From positions 165,353 through 229,352 of the forward strand of contig JAZNOU010000012.1 of assembly GCA_045589295.1 (NCBI GenBank): DNA of 64,000 nucleotides, in the 5' to 3' direction. Position numbers and translations under genes: made by a program. This stretch comes from Clostridia bacterium (GTDB taxonomy: Bacteria > Bacillota > Clostridia > RGIG6154). Below the pieces are notes generated by a model. It worked only from the letters and a program-made list of their open reading frames with translations. It made no database searches and had not been told where the DNA came from. Shown here in pieces: positions 45,179-56,866 of this stretch (positions are counted from its first letter, which is position 1; the number at the start of each line of letters is the position of its first letter).

Positions 45179-46354
45179 ATGGATTTTACAAATCTTAAAA
45201 CCTGCATGGACAAGCTGATTGATGAACATAATGTTCCGGGACTTGATGTAATTGTAAATTATGATCACAAAGAAGTTTTTAGGTACACCAGAGGTTTTTC
45301 AGACATTGAGAATAAGAGAAAAATGCAAGGCAATGAACTTTACGATATTTATTCCATGACCAAGCTGATTACCTGCGTTTGTGCTCTTCAACTTGTGGAA
45401 AAAGGCAAAATTTCACTTGATGATGAAATTTTTAAATTTCTTCCCGAGTTTGAAAAAATGAAAATATCGGAGCATGATTTTGATGACGGAACTAAAGTTA
45501 TGACAGGTACAGGCGAGGAGAAACAGATAAAAAGCGATTTCACTGGGTTTGCCAAAAATCAAATTACCATAAAGCACCTTTTTACCATGTCGGCGGGGCT
45601 TGATTATGCCATTGGTTCAGATTATATTCAAAATGCAGTTTCAAGCGGTGTTAAAAGCACCAGAGAAATTGTAAAAACATTTTCTCAAACTGTGCTCGGT
45701 TTTGAACCAGGAACAAGATTTCGCTACAGCCTTTGTCACGATGTGCTGGGGGCTATAATTGAAGTAGTTTCGGGCAAAAAGTTTGGCGATTATATGAAAG
45801 AAAATGTGTTTGAACCGCTTGGTATGAAAAACACATCTTTTGATGTGTCAACCGATGAAAGAGTTATGGTAAAATACCGCAAAGAGAACGGAATTGTAAA
45901 AAAAGTTGAACAGGGCAACTGGTTCAGGATTACAGATGAATATCAAAGCGGTGGAGCAGGTCTTGTTTCCACAACAGAGGATTATGCCTTGTTTTTAGAT
46001 GCGTTAGCTTGCGGTGGGGTTGGTAAAAACGGCAATAGAGTTCTTTCTGAAGAACTTGTGGAACTTATGGGTACAAATCAGATTGGTGGAAAGGCATTGG
46101 AGGATTTTGACAAATTAAGAAAAGGTTATGGCTACGGACTTGGGGTTCGCACTCATTTAGATCCGGCATCAAGTGGTTCTTTGAGCCCTGTAGGTGAGTT
46201 CGGATGGGATGGTGCAGCTGGGGCTTTTGCACTCATTGACACTAAAAACAAGCTTTCACTTACATATTTACAGCAGATGTATGGTTGGAGTCTAGAAACA
46301 CAAAATCTTATAAGAAATGCGCTTTATTCTTGCTTAAATAGGGGGATTTTATGA
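45179..46354 (+). CDS. serine hydrolase, beta-lactamase/transpeptidase-fold family (class C-like esterase)
   Basis: It has an S-x-x-K motif (YSMTKLI) and later Y and HxG elements, with no signal peptide. Confidence 0.75.
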   Translation: MDFTNLKTCMDKLIDEHNVPGLDVIVNYDHKEVFRYTRGFSDIENKRKMQGNELYDIYSMTKLITCVCALQLVEKGKISLDDEIFKFLPEFEKMKISEHDFDDGTKVMTGTGEEKQIKSDFTGFAKNQITIKHLFTMSAGLDYAIGSDYIQNAVSSGVKSTREIVKTFSQTVLGFEPGTRFRYSLCHDVLGAIIEVVSGKKFGDYMKENVFEPLGMKNTSFDVSTDERVMVKYRKENGIVKKVEQGNWFRITDEYQSGGAGLVSTTEDYALFLDALACGGVGKNGNRVLSEELVELMGTNQIGGKALEDFDKLRKGYGYGLGVRTHLDPASSGSLSPVGEFGWDGAAGAFALIDTKNKLSLTYLQQMYGWSLETQNLIRNALYSCLNRGIL

Positions 46355-47823
46355 ATTATATTACACACAAAAATTCGGTTGTTTTATATTGGGATTTGCC
46401 GGACAACTATAAAGCAGGTGATAAATTCACAGTGCTTTTAAATGGTGAAGAAATAGGTCAGACCGAAAAATGTCATTTTAAGACACAGGATTTAAACAGG
46501 GGGCCAGAGTATAGATTTGAAGTTTTGGGTGTTGGCAAAATTACAGCTAAACTCCAACCTGAAAAAAACAGGATCGACATATCCAAACCTCCATATAATG
46601 CAACAGGTGATGGAAAAACTTTGAATACAAGGGCTATCCAGCAGGCGATTAATGATTGTAAAGCGGGAGAATGTGTTTATATTCCTGAGGGGGATTTTAT
46701 GACAGGTTCGCTTTATCTTCACTCAGATATGGAGCTTTATCTTGAAAAGGGCGCAATTCTTCATGGAACAACTTGTGTTGAAGATTACACACCCAAAATT
46801 AAAAGCCGTTTTGAGGGCATTGAAATGATGTGCTATGCTGCACTGCTTAATATCGGCGAGCTTGACAGAGCAAAGGGAGTAACATGCCAAAATGTGAAAA
46901 TTACAGGCGAGGGAATGATTTGCGGAGGCGGAAGAGAGCTTTCTGACAATGTTATTGCGCTTGAATTTGAACTTATGAAGGATGAACTTGCCAAAATGGG
47001 AGATGAAATAAAAGAGTGTGAAACTTCTTGGACAATCCCTGGAAGAGCAAGACCAAGACTTGTTAATATAAGCTGTGCAAAAAATGTTGAGATTTCAGGT
47101 GTTACAATTGCATACGGCCCGTGCTGGAATGTTCATATGATTTATTCTGATAACATTGTTACATATGGATGTGAGTTTCATTCCAAAAATGTTCACAATG
47201 GTGACGGGTGGGATCCTGACTCGTCAACTAATTGCACACTTTTTGGCTCAGAGTTTTACACTGGTGATGATTCTGTTGCAATAAAGTCGGGCAAAAATCC
47301 TGAGGGAAATATAATAAACAAACCAAGTGAGCACATAAGAGTTTTTGATTGCATCAGTCACTCAGGGCACGGAATTACAATAGGAAGTGAAATGTCGGGA
47401 GGAATTAACGACGTTAAAATATGGAATTGCGATGTCAATAATTCAATGTTTGGCGTTGAAATAAAGGGAACAAGAAAACGTGGCGGATATGTTAGAAACG
47501 TAAGCGTGAGAAATTGCGAGGTTGGAAGAATTATTTTCCATTCCGTTCCTTATAATGATGACGGTGAGGGTTCAAAAGTCCCGCCTGTTTTTGAAAATTG
47601 CTTGTTTGAAAACATCAAAATTTCTGCTGTAAAACAGGAAGATGATGGTGCACTTACCCCGTGTGAAGCAATTGAAGTTGCGGGATTTGACGAAGAAGGA
47701 CATTTTGTCAAAAATGTCAAGTTTAAAAATATTTGCTTAGATAATGGCAAGGGCAGCCAAAGGCAGACAATTTATCTTCAGTGCTGTGAAGGTGTAAGCT
47801 TTGAAAATATTTATGCCAGATAA
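46351..47823 (+). CDS. glycoside hydrolase family 28-like (pectate-lyase-fold beta-helix) protein
   Basis: It has the NATGDGKTLNT...AIQQAI motif of the GH28 N-terminus and later G-D-D and HG repeat turns. Confidence 0.65.
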   Translation: MNYITHKNSVVLYWDLPDNYKAGDKFTVLLNGEEIGQTEKCHFKTQDLNRGPEYRFEVLGVGKITAKLQPEKNRIDISKPPYNATGDGKTLNTRAIQQAINDCKAGECVYIPEGDFMTGSLYLHSDMELYLEKGAILHGTTCVEDYTPKIKSRFEGIEMMCYAALLNIGELDRAKGVTCQNVKITGEGMICGGGRELSDNVIALEFELMKDELAKMGDEIKECETSWTIPGRARPRLVNISCAKNVEISGVTIAYGPCWNVHMIYSDNIVTYGCEFHSKNVHNGDGWDPDSSTNCTLFGSEFYTGDDSVAIKSGKNPEGNIINKPSEHIRVFDCISHSGHGITIGSEMSGGINDVKIWNCDVNNSMFGVEIKGTRKRGGYVRNVSVRNCEVGRIIFHSVPYNDDGEGSKVPPVFENCLFENIKISAVKQEDDGALTPCEAIEVAGFDEEGHFVKNVKFKNICLDNGKGSQRQTIYLQCCEGVSFENIYAR

Positions 47824-48006
47824 AAAAGTAGTTAAACGTAAAATATTATAGAAAGAAACTAAATATTGTGGTTTTAGTTGTTTGACGTGCGATATATTAT
47901 ATAGGAAGAAATCCGTAGCTTTTCATAAGAAAAGGTGCGGGTTTTCCTTTATACATAGCCATTTTGAAAAAATTTGAAAAAAAACAAGAAAAATTTAAAA
48001 AAACAC

Positions 48007-48035
48007 TTGATTTTTTCAGACTTTTATAGTATGAT
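48007..48035 (+). promoter_or_regulatory. promoter TTGATT-17-TATGAT of the S10 ribosomal operon
   Basis: It is preceded by extensive A-tracts (UP-like) and lies about 90 nt upstream of rpsJ. Confidence 0.5.
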
Positions 48036-48124
48036 ATACGAGTTGTATGCTGCAGAACTATGTGTGGTGTGATATGAAACACCCGGGGCAGTTGCAAGAA
48101 TATAAAAGAAAAGGAGGATAAAAA

Positions 48125-48439
48125 ATGGCATCAGAAAAGAAAATCAGAATCAAGATTAAAGGTTATGACCATGCGTTAGTTGACCAGTCAGCAGAAAAAA
48201 TTGTTGATACTGTTAAAAGAACAGGCGCTGAGGTTGCAGGTCCTATCCCGCTTCCAACTAAAAAGGAAATAATCACAATCTTAAGAGCTGTTCATAAGTA
48301 CAAAGATTCCAGAGAGCAGTTCGAAATGAGAACACACAAAAGACTTATTGATGTGATCTCACCTAAGCAGAAGACCACAGAAGCTTTAGGTAAACTTGAT
48401 TTGCCTGCCGGAATTAATGTTGAAATCAAGGTCATCTAA
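48125..48439 (+). CDS. rpsJ: 30S ribosomal protein S10
   Basis: Conserved S10 sequence; first gene of the S10 operon. Confidence 0.95.
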   Translation: MASEKKIRIKIKGYDHALVDQSAEKIVDTVKRTGAEVAGPIPLPTKKEIITILRAVHKYKDSREQFEMRTHKRLIDVISPKQKTTEALGKLDLPAGINVEIKVI

Positions 48440-48503
48440 CCGGTAAGGTAGTGGGTCATGTTCGCAATACGGGCGAACCAATAACCATAAGGAGGAAAAA
48501 ATA

Positions 48504-49136
48504 ATGAAAAAGGCAATACTTGGCAAAAAGCTCGGTATGACTCAGCTTTTTGACGAAGCTGGAAAACTTATTCCAGTTACAGTAGTTGAAGCCGGCCCAT
48601 GCGTTGTTGTTCAGAAAAAGACAGTTGACAACGATGGTTACGAAGCAGTTCAGATTGGCTACAAAGACATTGAAGAAAGAAAAGTTTCAAAGCCTTTGAA
48701 AGGTCACTTTGACAAAGCTGGCGTTGGCTACAAAAGATTTTTAAGAGAATTTAAACTTGAGGATGCTGCCTCAATGAACATCGGTGACGAAATTAAAGTT
48801 GATGTGTTTGCAGCTGGCGAAAAAATCGACGTTACAGGCACAAGCAAAGGTAAAGGATATGCCGGTGTAATCAAGCGTTACAACGCACACAGACTTAAAG
48901 AAACTCACGGTACAGGTCCTGTACATCGTCATGCCGGTTCAAACGGTGCATGTTCAGATCCTTCAAGAGTATTCAAAGGTAAGAAAATGGCCGGTCATAT
49001 GGGCTGCGAAACAGTTACCATTCAGAATCTGGACGTTGTAAATGTTGACGTTGAAAAGAACTTGCTTTTAGTTCGCGGAGCAATTCCGGGACCAAAAGGC
49101 GGATTAGTAATAGTTAAAAACTCAGTTAAAGCGTAA
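48504..49136 (+). CDS. rplC: 50S ribosomal protein L3
   Basis: Conserved L3 sequence; position in the S10 operon. Confidence 0.95.
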   Translation: MKKAILGKKLGMTQLFDEAGKLIPVTVVEAGPCVVVQKKTVDNDGYEAVQIGYKDIEERKVSKPLKGHFDKAGVGYKRFLREFKLEDAASMNIGDEIKVDVFAAGEKIDVTGTSKGKGYAGVIKRYNAHRLKETHGTGPVHRHAGSNGACSDPSRVFKGKKMAGHMGCETVTIQNLDVVNVDVEKNLLLVRGAIPGPKGGLVIVKNSVKA

Positions 49137-49162
49137 GTTTTTAAGGAAGGAGGAAGTTACAC

Positions 49163-49786
49163 ATGCCTAACGTGGCTTTATATAACATGGATGGTAAAGA
49201 AATCGGAACCATCGAGTTAAACGAAAGCTTGTTTGCTGCTGAAGTAAACGGTTCTGTTTTGCACGAAGTTGTTAAAAACTATCTTGCTAACCAGAGACAG
49301 GGTACTCAGAGCACAAAAACAAGAGCAGAAGTTAGAGGCGGCGGCATTAAGCCTTGGCGCCAGAAGGGAACAGGCAGAGCTAGACAGGGTTCTATCCGTT
49401 CACCACAGTGGATTCACGGCGGTATCGCATTGGGTCCAAAACCAAGAGATTACAGATATTCAATTAACAAGAAGATGAAACTTGTTGCTTTAAAATCTGC
49501 TTTATCTTCAAAGGTTGCTGACAGTAAGATTTTTGTTATCGATACATTAGCACTTGATGAAATCAAAACTAAGAAAGTTGTTAACCTCCTTGGAAACGTT
49601 GGAGCTACAAAAGCTCTCATCGTAACAAGCGAAATTAACGAAAACGTATACAAATCAGCAAGAAACATCGAAGGTGTTAAAGCATCTTATGTTGGCGAAC
49701 TTAACGTATATGAACTTTTGAAATATGACAGCCTTGTTATTTCACAGGATGCTGTTAAGAAATTAGAGGAGGTGTATGCTATATGA
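49163..49786 (+). CDS. rplD: 50S ribosomal protein L4
   Basis: Conserved L4 sequence; operon position. Confidence 0.95.
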   Translation: MPNVALYNMDGKEIGTIELNESLFAAEVNGSVLHEVVKNYLANQRQGTQSTKTRAEVRGGGIKPWRQKGTGRARQGSIRSPQWIHGGIALGPKPRDYRYSINKKMKLVALKSALSSKVADSKIFVIDTLALDEIKTKKVVNLLGNVGATKALIVTSEINENVYKSARNIEGVKASYVGELNVYELLKYDSLVISQDAVKKLEEVYAI

Positions 49787-50073
49787 TGTATCATGATATT
49801 TTAAGAAGACCTATCATATCAGAAAACTCAATGGAAGATATAGCAAACAAAAAGTACACCTTTGAAGTTGCAGCAAAAGCAACAAAAGTGGATATTAAAA
49901 TCGCTGTTGAGCAGGTTTTTAAAGTACAGGTTGCTAAAGTTAACACAATGAACTATCTTGGCAAAACTAAGAGAATGGGTGTTCATGTTGGTAAAAGACA
50001 TGACTGGAAAAAAGCAATTGTTACTTTGAAACCAGATAGCAAAGCAATTGAATTTTTTGACGGAATGGCTTAA
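49783..50073 (+). CDS. rplW: 50S ribosomal protein L23
   Basis: Conserved L23 sequence; operon position. Confidence 0.9.
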   Translation: MMYHDILRRPIISENSMEDIANKKYTFEVAAKATKVDIKIAVEQVFKVQVAKVNTMNYLGKTKRMGVHVGKRHDWKKAIVTLKPDSKAIEFFDGMA

Positions 50074-50106
50074 TTGAATGAATTGAAATGAAGGAGTTGA
50101 AATTAA

Positions 50107-50940
50107 ATGGCTATAAAAAAATATAACCCGACTACTCCGGCAAGAAGAAATATGACCGTTTCAACATTTGAGGAAATTACCAAAAAGTCTCCTGAAAGAA
50201 ATTTGGTTGAAACAATCAAAGAAAAAGCCGGAAGAAACTCATACGGTAGAATCACTGTTCGTCACAGAGGCGGCGGTGTAAAAAGAAAGTACAGAATCAT
50301 TGACTTTAAGAGAAATAAAGACGGTATCGAAGCTAATGTTATAGCAATCGAGTACGATCCAAACAGAAGCGCTAATATCGCGCTCTTGGAATATGCTGAT
50401 GGCGAAAGAACATACATCATCGCTCCTCTTAATCTTAAAGTTGGCGATAAAGTTATCTCAGGCGAAGGCGCTGACATTAAACCTGGTAACGCATTGTTCA
50501 TTAAAGATATCCCAGTTGGTACTTTAATTCACAATATCGAACTTATGCCAGGCCGTGGTGCTCAGATGGTTAGATCTGCAGGTAACTCAGCACAGCTTAT
50601 GGCTAAAGAAGGCGCTTACGCTCAGGTTAGACTTCCATCAGGCGAAGTTAGAATGGTTAGCGTTAAGTGTAAGGCTACAATCGGTGAAGTTGGTAACCAG
50701 GATCACGAAAATATTTCTATCGGTAAAGCTGGTAGAAAAAGACATATGGGCTTCCGTCCAACAGTCCGTGGTGTTGTTATGAACCCGAATGACCATCCGC
50801 ACGGTGGTGGTGAAGGTAAATCACCTATCGGCCGTCCAAGTCCTGTTACTCCTTGGGGTAAACCTGCACTTGGTCTTAAGACAAGAAAGAAAAACAAAAA
50901 ATCAGATATGTTTATTGTTAGAAGACGTAACGGTAAATAA
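50107..50940 (+). CDS. rplB: 50S ribosomal protein L2
   Basis: Conserved L2 sequence including GGGEGK. Confidence 0.95.
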   Translation: MAIKKYNPTTPARRNMTVSTFEEITKKSPERNLVETIKEKAGRNSYGRITVRHRGGGVKRKYRIIDFKRNKDGIEANVIAIEYDPNRSANIALLEYADGERTYIIAPLNLKVGDKVISGEGADIKPGNALFIKDIPVGTLIHNIELMPGRGAQMVRSAGNSAQLMAKEGAYAQVRLPSGEVRMVSVKCKATIGEVGNQDHENISIGKAGRKRHMGFRPTVRGVVMNPNDHPHGGGEGKSPIGRPSPVTPWGKPALGLKTRKKNKKSDMFIVRRRNGK

Positions 50941-50958
50941 TATATATGGAGGTAAAAC

Positions 50959-51237
50959 ATGGGTAGATCAGTTAAAAAAGGCCCTTTCGTGAACGAAAAG
51001 CTCCTGAAAAGAATTGTTGAAATGAACGAAGCAGGCGAAAAAAGAGTTTTAAAGACCTGGTCAAGAAGCTCAACAATCTTCCCTGATATGATTGGTCATA
51101 CAATCGCTGTTCATGACGGAAGAAAGCATGTTCCGGTATATATCACTGAGGACATGGTTGGTCATAAATTAGGTGAATTTGCTCCCACAAGAACTTATAA
51201 GGGACATGCCGGAGCAAAAACATCTGGAGTTAAATAA
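50959..51237 (+). CDS. rpsS: 30S ribosomal protein S19
   Basis: Conserved S19 sequence. Confidence 0.95.
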   Translation: MGRSVKKGPFVNEKLLKRIVEMNEAGEKRVLKTWSRSSTIFPDMIGHTIAVHDGRKHVPVYITEDMVGHKLGEFAPTRTYKGHAGAKTSGVK

Positions 51238-51266
51238 TTTAGTAACGTAAGAGAGGAGGGCATAAC

Positions 51267-51602
51267 ATGGAAGCAAGAGCAGTCCTTCGTTATGCACGTA
51301 TTTCACCGCGTAAAGTGAAAATCGTGATTGATTTAATCAGGAATAAGTCTGTTGCTGAAGCAATCGGTATTATCAACAATACTCCGAAAGCTGCATCAGA
51401 ATATCTTATAAAGCTGTTAAACTCAGCTATCGCAAATGCAACCAACAACCACAATATGGATGCTGAAAAGTTGTATGTTGCAGAAGTATTCGCTAACCCC
51501 GGCCCGATTTTGAAGAGAATTATGCCAAGAGCTCAGGGTAGAGCGTTCAGAATCAGAAAAAGAACTAGTCATATTACAATTGTTCTTAAAGAAAGACAAT
51601 AA
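51267..51602 (+). CDS. rplV: 50S ribosomal protein L22
   Basis: Conserved L22 sequence. Confidence 0.95.
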   Translation: MEARAVLRYARISPRKVKIVIDLIRNKSVAEAIGIINNTPKAASEYLIKLLNSAIANATNNHNMDAEKLYVAEVFANPGPILKRIMPRAQGRAFRIRKRTSHITIVLKERQ

Positions 51603-51622
51603 TCTTGTAAGGAGGTAATACA

Positions 51623-52282
51623 ATGGGTCAGAAGGTACATCCACACGGACTCAGAGTCGGCGTTATCAAAGATTGGGACTCCAAATGGTATGCTGATTCA
51701 AAAAACTTCGGCGACAGCTTAGTCGAAGATTACAATGTGAGAGAATATCTTAAAAAGACTCACTTTGATGCCGGTGTTGCAAAAGTTGAAATTGAAAAAC
51801 CATCAAACAGACTTAAAATCAACATCTATGCAGCTAAACCTGCGTTTATTATCGGCAAAAAAGGTGAAGGTATAGAAAAGACAAAACAGGCAATCGTTAA
51901 AATGACAGGCAAAAACGTTTCAATTAACATTATTGAAATCAAACAGCCTGACATGTGTGCACAGCTTGTTGCTGAAAACATCGCTGCACAGCTCGTAAAG
52001 AGAGTTTCTTTCAGACGTGCTATGAAGCAGGCAATGGGAAGAACAACAAAAGCAGGTGCTATGGGTATTAAGGCTGCTTGTTCAGGTCGTTTGGGCGGTG
52101 CTGAAATTGCTCGTACAGAACAGTATCACGAAGGCACAATTCCGCTCCAGACAATCAGAGCTGACATTGACTATGGTTTTGCAGAAGCTGATACAACATT
52201 CGGTAAAATCGGTGTTAAAGTTTGGATTTATAAAGGCGAAGTTCTTCCTGGAACTGGTAAGAAGAAGGGAGAGAATAAATAA
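51623..52282 (+). CDS. rpsC: 30S ribosomal protein S3
   Basis: Conserved S3 sequence with a KH domain. Confidence 0.95.
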   Translation: MGQKVHPHGLRVGVIKDWDSKWYADSKNFGDSLVEDYNVREYLKKTHFDAGVAKVEIEKPSNRLKINIYAAKPAFIIGKKGEGIEKTKQAIVKMTGKNVSINIIEIKQPDMCAQLVAENIAAQLVKRVSFRRAMKQAMGRTTKAGAMGIKAACSGRLGGAEIARTEQYHEGTIPLQTIRADIDYGFAEADTTFGKIGVKVWIYKGEVLPGTGKKKGENK

Positions 52283-52722
52283 TGTTATTGCCTAAAAGAG
52301 TTAAATACAGAAGAGTTATGAGAGGTCGTATGACCGGTAAAGCTACAAGAGGTAACAAAGTAAGCTACGGCGAATTTGGTATCCAGGCTGTTGAGCCAGG
52401 TTGGATCAAGAGCAATCAGATCGAAGCTGCCCGTATCGCTATGACAAGATACACAAAAAGAGGCGGTAAGGTTTGGATCAAGATTTTCCCTGATAAGCCT
52501 GTTACAGAAAAGCCGGCTGAAACACGTATGGGTAGCGGTAAAGGTTCTCCTGAGTACTGGGTTGCAGTTGTTAAACCAGGCAGAGTAATGTTTGAAATCG
52601 GTGGTGTTTCAGAAGACATTGCAAGAGAAGCTCTCCGTCTTGCTATTCACAAGTTGCCTATCAAATGTAAAATAGTTACAAAGGCTGATACAGAAACGGA
52701 AGGTGAAGCTAATGAAGGTTAA
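52282..52722 (+). CDS. rplP: 50S ribosomal protein L16
   Basis: Conserved L16 sequence. Confidence 0.95.
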   Translation: MLLPKRVKYRRVMRGRMTGKATRGNKVSYGEFGIQAVEPGWIKSNQIEAARIAMTRYTKRGGKVWIKIFPDKPVTEKPAETRMGSGKGSPEYWVAVVKPGRVMFEIGGVSEDIAREALRLAIHKLPIKCKIVTKADTETEGEANEG

Positions 52723-52912
52723 TGAAATAAGAGATTTATCTTATGAAGAATTAGCGGTAAAGCTTGCTGACCTCAAGGCTGAACTTTTTAATTTAAGATT
52801 TCAGAATGCTACAAGCCAGTTGGATAACCCGATGCAGCTTGTTGAGGTTAAGAAGTCAATCGCTAGAGTTAAAACAGTTATGAGAGAAATTGAGCTTAAA
52901 GAAGCTCAGTAA
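52712..52912 (+). CDS. rpmC: 50S ribosomal protein L29
   Basis: Conserved L29 sequence. An ATG at 52712 overlaps the rplP 3' end. Confidence 0.9.
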   Translation: MKVNEIRDLSYEELAVKLADLKAELFNLRFQNATSQLDNPMQLVEVKKSIARVKTVMREIELKEAQ

Positions 52913-52948
52913 TAATTCCTTGTTATATATAGGAAAGGAGGAGCCGAC

Positions 52949-53206
52949 TTGTCAGAACGCGGATACAGAAAGACAAGAATAGGAAAGGTTGTTAGCAACA
53001 AAATGGACAAAACAATCGTTGTTGCCATTGTTGATAGTGTTAAACATCCTTTATACGGAAAAATCGTTAAAAAGACCTACAAATTAAAAGCACACGACGA
53101 ACAGAATGTTTGCGCAGTGGGCGATAGAGTTAAGGTTATGGAAACAAGACCTCTTTCAAAGGATAAGAGATGGCGTCTTGTAGAAATCGTAGAAAAAGCT
53201 CAGTAA
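52949..53206 (+). CDS. rpsQ: 30S ribosomal protein S17
   Basis: Conserved S17 sequence; TTG start. Confidence 0.9.
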   Translation: MSERGYRKTRIGKVVSNKMDKTIVVAIVDSVKHPLYGKIVKKTYKLKAHDEQNVCAVGDRVKVMETRPLSKDKRWRLVEIVEKAQ

Positions 53207-53234
53207 TTTTAAAGAGCGGAAAGGAGATTTTGCC

Positions 53235-53603
53235 ATGGTACAGCAACAGTCATTGTTGAAGGTAGCAGACAACACCGGTGCAAAAGAACTCATGTGCATC
53301 CGTGTACTCGGCGGTACAAGAAGACGTTATGCCAATGTTGGCGACGTTGTAGTTGCTTCTGTTAAGAAAGCAACACCGGGCGGAGTTGTTAAAAAAGGCG
53401 AAGTAGTTAAAGCTGTTATTGTTAGAACTGTTAAAGGCTTAAAAAGAGCTGACGGTTCATATATAAAATTTGATGAAAATGCAGCAGTTATTATCAAAGA
53501 AGATAAAAATCCAAGAGGTACTCGTATCTTTGGACCTGTTGCAAGAGAATTGAGAGATAAAGAATATATGAAAATATTATCTTTAGCTCCAGAAGTATTA
53601 TAA
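53235..53603 (+). CDS. rplN: 50S ribosomal protein L14
   Basis: Conserved L14 sequence. Confidence 0.95.
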   Translation: MVQQQSLLKVADNTGAKELMCIRVLGGTRRRYANVGDVVVASVKKATPGGVVKKGEVVKAVIVRTVKGLKRADGSYIKFDENAAVIIKEDKNPRGTRIFGPVARELRDKEYMKILSLAPEVL

Positions 53604-53618
53604 TAGGAGGTACAACCA

Positions 53619-53939
53619 ATGAAAATGCATATTAAAAAAGGTGATACAGTAGTTGTACTTTCAGGTAAAGATAAAGGCAAAAAAGGTAAAGTACTTGCTG
53701 TATTCCCAAAAACTTCAAAAGCTATCGTTGAAGGCGTTAACGTTGCTACAAAGCACTCTAAGCCAAGAAGACAGGGTGAAGAAGGCGGAATTATCAAGCA
53801 GGAAATCGCTATTAATGCTTGCAAATTGATGCACGTTTGCTCAAAATGTAACCAAGCTACCAGAATCGGACGTAAAGTTTTAGATGATGGTTCAATCGTT
53901 CGTTATTGCAAAAAGTGCAATGAATTATTTGCAGATTAA
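53619..53939 (+). CDS. rplX: 50S ribosomal protein L24 (with C-terminal Cys4 zinc-ribbon-like extension)
   Basis: It has a KOW-domain L24 N-terminus, and its C-terminus carries CSKC...CKKC. Confidence 0.9.
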   Translation: MKMHIKKGDTVVVLSGKDKGKKGKVLAVFPKTSKAIVEGVNVATKHSKPRRQGEEGGIIKQEIAINACKLMHVCSKCNQATRIGRKVLDDGSIVRYCKKCNELFAD

Positions 53940-53962
53940 TCAAAGGAAGGAGGAATTTTTAA

Positions 53963-54505
53963 ATGACCCGACTTTATGAAAAGTATGTTAATGAAGTTGC
54001 ACCTGCTCTTATGAGCAAGTTTGGTTATAAAAGCCCCATGCAGATTCCAAAGATTGAAAAAATCGTTATTAACATGGGCGTTGCAGAAGCAAAAGACAAT
54101 TCTAAAGCATTAGATGCTGCTGCAAATGACTTGGCTATCATTACAGGTCAGAAGCCTCTCATTACTAAAGCTAGAAAATCTGTTGCTAACTTTAAAATCA
54201 GAGAAGGCATGAACTTAGGATGCAAAGTTACTTTAAGAAAAGACAAAATGTACGAATTTATGGACAGATTGTTCAACATCGCGCTTCCGCGTGTTAGAGA
54301 CTTCAGAGGTATTAATCCTGATTCCTTTGACGGAAGAGGAAACTATGCTTTCGGTCTTAAAGAACAACTCATTTTCCCTGAAATTGAGTACGATAAAATT
54401 GACAAAATCAGAGGTATGGACATTATCTTTGTTACTACCGCTAAAACTGATGAAGAAGCGAAAGAGCTGCTCACTCTTATGGGTGCTCCGTATGCACATA
54501 ATTAA
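53963..54505 (+). CDS. rplE: 50S ribosomal protein L5
   Basis: Conserved L5 sequence. Confidence 0.95.
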   Translation: MTRLYEKYVNEVAPALMSKFGYKSPMQIPKIEKIVINMGVAEAKDNSKALDAAANDLAIITGQKPLITKARKSVANFKIREGMNLGCKVTLRKDKMYEFMDRLFNIALPRVRDFRGINPDSFDGRGNYAFGLKEQLIFPEIEYDKIDKIRGMDIIFVTTAKTDEEAKELLTLMGAPYAHN

Positions 54506-54519
54506 GGAGGTAACATATC

Positions 54520-54705
54520 GTGGCTAAAAAAGCAATGATTATTAAACAGCAGAGAACTCCTAAGTATGCAACAAGAGCTTACACAAGATGTAAGATCTGC
54601 GGAAGACCGCATGCTTATTTAAGAAAATTCGGTATTTGCCGTATTTGCTTCAGAGAATTAGCGTACAAAGGTCAGATTCCTGGTGTTAAAAAAGCAAGTT
54701 GGTAA
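54520..54705 (+). CDS. rpsZ: 30S ribosomal protein S14 type Z (zinc-binding)
   Basis: The 61-aa product has CKICGRP...CRIC. Confidence 0.95.
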   Translation: MAKKAMIIKQQRTPKYATRAYTRCKICGRPHAYLRKFGICRICFRELAYKGQIPGVKKASW

Positions 54706-54758
54706 GATTTATCTTACTATGTAAGTTATGTTAAGTATTATGGAAGGAGGCAACATAT

Positions 54759-55157
54759 ATGCATATTACAGATCCTATCGCAGATATGCTTACTCGTATC
54801 AGAAACGCAAATGACGCAAAGCACGAAACAGTTGATGTTCCTTGCTCAAATATGAAAAAGGCTATTGCTGACATTTTGCTTGAAGAAGGATATATTAAAA
54901 ATTATCAGATCATTGATGATAATAAGCAGGGTATTATTAGAATTACTCTTAAGTATGCTGCTAACAAGAAAAAGGTTATTTCAGGTCTTAAGAGAATTTC
55001 AAAACCCGGTCTCAGAATTTACGCATCTAAGGAAGATCTTCCAAGGGTGTTAAGAGGTTTAGGTATTGCTATCATCTCTACTTCTAAAGGTATTATGACC
55101 GATAAGAAGGCTAGACAGAACAATGTAGGCGGCGAGGTTTTAGCATACATCTGGTAA
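54759..55157 (+). CDS. rpsH: 30S ribosomal protein S8
   Basis: Conserved S8 sequence. Confidence 0.95.
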   Translation: MHITDPIADMLTRIRNANDAKHETVDVPCSNMKKAIADILLEEGYIKNYQIIDDNKQGIIRITLKYAANKKKVISGLKRISKPGLRIYASKEDLPRVLRGLGIAIISTSKGIMTDKKARQNNVGGEVLAYIW

Positions 55158-55200
55158 TCATTGATTTCCAGATAAGCACAAAGTTAAGGAGGTGTATACG

Positions 55201-55743
55201 ATGTCCAGAATAGGAAGAATGCCAATCGAGGTACCACAGGGCGTCGAAGTAAAACTTGGTGCGGGTAATGAAATTACAGTTAAAGGTCCTAAAGCTACTC
55301 TTTCAAGAGTATTGCATCCTGAAATGCAGATCGCTGTTGAAAACGGACTTGTTACTGTTACAAGACCTTCGGAGAATAAGACACACAAGTCACTCCACGG
55401 ACTTACCCGTACATTGATAAATAATATGATTATCGGTGTAACTGAAGGTTACACAAAAACTCTTGAAATTAACGGCGTAGGTTACAGAGCTCAGAAACAG
55501 GGCAACAAGCTTGTTATGAACCTTGGTTATTCACACAACGTTGAAATGGAAGAACCAGAGGGCGTAAAAGTTGAAGTTCCTAACCCTAACCAGATTATCA
55601 TTTCAGGTAGTGACAAACAGGCTGTTGGTCAGTTTGCTGCTGTGGTTAGAGAAAAGAGACCGCCTGAACCATACAAAGGCAAGGGTATCAAGTACTCTGA
55701 TGAAGTTATCAGACGTAAAGAAGGTAAGACAGGTAAGAAATAA
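55201..55743 (+). CDS. rplF: 50S ribosomal protein L6
   Basis: Conserved L6 sequence. An ATG at 55201 follows a GGAGG ribosome-binding site. Confidence 0.95.
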   Translation: MSRIGRMPIEVPQGVEVKLGAGNEITVKGPKATLSRVLHPEMQIAVENGLVTVTRPSENKTHKSLHGLTRTLINNMIIGVTEGYTKTLEINGVGYRAQKQGNKLVMNLGYSHNVEMEEPEGVKVEVPNPNQIIISGSDKQAVGQFAAVVREKRPPEPYKGKGIKYSDEVIRRKEGKTGKK

Positions 55744-55777
55744 TGCTGCCTGACACTTTAGAAAGGAGTGGAGAGTT

Positions 55778-56137
55778 TTGATTAACAAAACTGCAAGTAA
55801 CGTTGCAAGAGTTGCAAGACATGCTAGAGTTAGAAAACATATCTCAGGAACACCTGAAAGACCTCGTCTTTGTGTTTTCAGAAGCTCTAAGAATATATAC
55901 GCTCAGATTATCGACGATGTTAATGGCAACACTTTGGTTTCAGCTTCTTCATTAGAAGCAGGCTTTGAAGGTGTTGGTTCTAACAAAGAAGCTGCTAAAG
56001 CAGTTGGTAATATGGTAGCAAAAAAAGCACTGGATAAGGGTATCAAGAATGTTGTATTTGACAGAGGCGGATATGTTTATCACGGTAGAGTAAAAGAATT
56101 AGCAGAAGGTGCCAGAGAGGGCGGCCTGGAATTCTAA
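55778..56137 (+). CDS. rplR: 50S ribosomal protein L18
   Basis: Conserved L18 sequence; TTG start. Confidence 0.9.
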   Translation: MINKTASNVARVARHARVRKHISGTPERPRLCVFRSSKNIYAQIIDDVNGNTLVSASSLEAGFEGVGSNKEAAKAVGNMVAKKALDKGIKNVVFDRGGYVYHGRVKELAEGAREGGLEF

Positions 56138-56151
56138 TTAGGAGGTAAACT

Positions 56152-56652
56152 ATGGCAGAGTTAAACACAAACGGTATGGAATTAAAAGAAACCGTTGTTA
56201 ATATCAACCGTGTTGCCAAGGTTGTAAAAGGTGGTAGAACCTTTAGATTTAGTGCTTTGGTAGTAGTAGGTGACGAAAATGGTCATGTAGGTTGCGGAAT
56301 GGGCAAAGCTGCTGAAATTCCGGAAGCTGTTAGAAAGGCTATTGAAGACGCTAAGAAAAACATGGTTTATGTTCCAAGAGTAGGAACAACAATTCCGCAC
56401 GAAATCATCGGCGAATTCGGCGCAGGCAGAGTATTACTTAAACCTGCTGCACCTGGTACCGGTGTTATCGCGGGCGGTCCTACCAGAGCAGTACTTGAAC
56501 TTGCTGGTATCAGAGATATCAGAACAAAGTCATTACGTTCAAACAATCCTAAGAACATGGTAGGCGCAACAATCGCAGGTCTTGCTAGTCTTAAAGAAGC
56601 TAAAGACGTAGCAGAACTTCGCGGAAAAACAGTAGAAGAATTATTAGGTTAA
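56152..56652 (+). CDS. rpsE: 30S ribosomal protein S5
   Basis: Conserved S5 sequence. Confidence 0.95.
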   Translation: MAELNTNGMELKETVVNINRVAKVVKGGRTFRFSALVVVGDENGHVGCGMGKAAEIPEAVRKAIEDAKKNMVYVPRVGTTIPHEIIGEFGAGRVLLKPAAPGTGVIAGGPTRAVLELAGIRDIRTKSLRSNNPKNMVGATIAGLASLKEAKDVAELRGKTVEELLG

Positions 56653-56665
56653 GGAGGAGATTTTA

Positions 56666-56845
56666 ATGGCAAGCATCAAAGTTACTTTGGAAAAGAGTCT
56701 TATCGGAAGAAAGAAAGACCAGATTGCCACTGCACATGCTTTAGGTCTTAAGAAAATCAGACAGACAGTTGTGCATGAAGCAACTCCTCAGATTTTAGGC
56801 ATGGTTAATAAAGTTTCACACCTTGTCAACGTAGAGGAAAATTAA
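56666..56845 (+). CDS. rpmD: 50S ribosomal protein L30
   Basis: The 59-aa ORF begins [19 protein letters not shown].... It is absent from the ORF track because it is under 60 aa. Confidence 0.9.
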   Translation: MASIKVTLEKSLIGRKKDQIATAHALGLKKIRQTVVHEATPQILGMVNKVSHLVNVEEN

Positions 56846-56866
56846 TTTTTAAGGAGGTGCACTAAT

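Noticed and set aside
52703-52711. GTG start at 52703 for rpmC as given by the ORF track
   Set aside because: The ATG at 52712 gives the canonical L29 N-terminus (MKVNEIR...); the upstream extension is unsupported.
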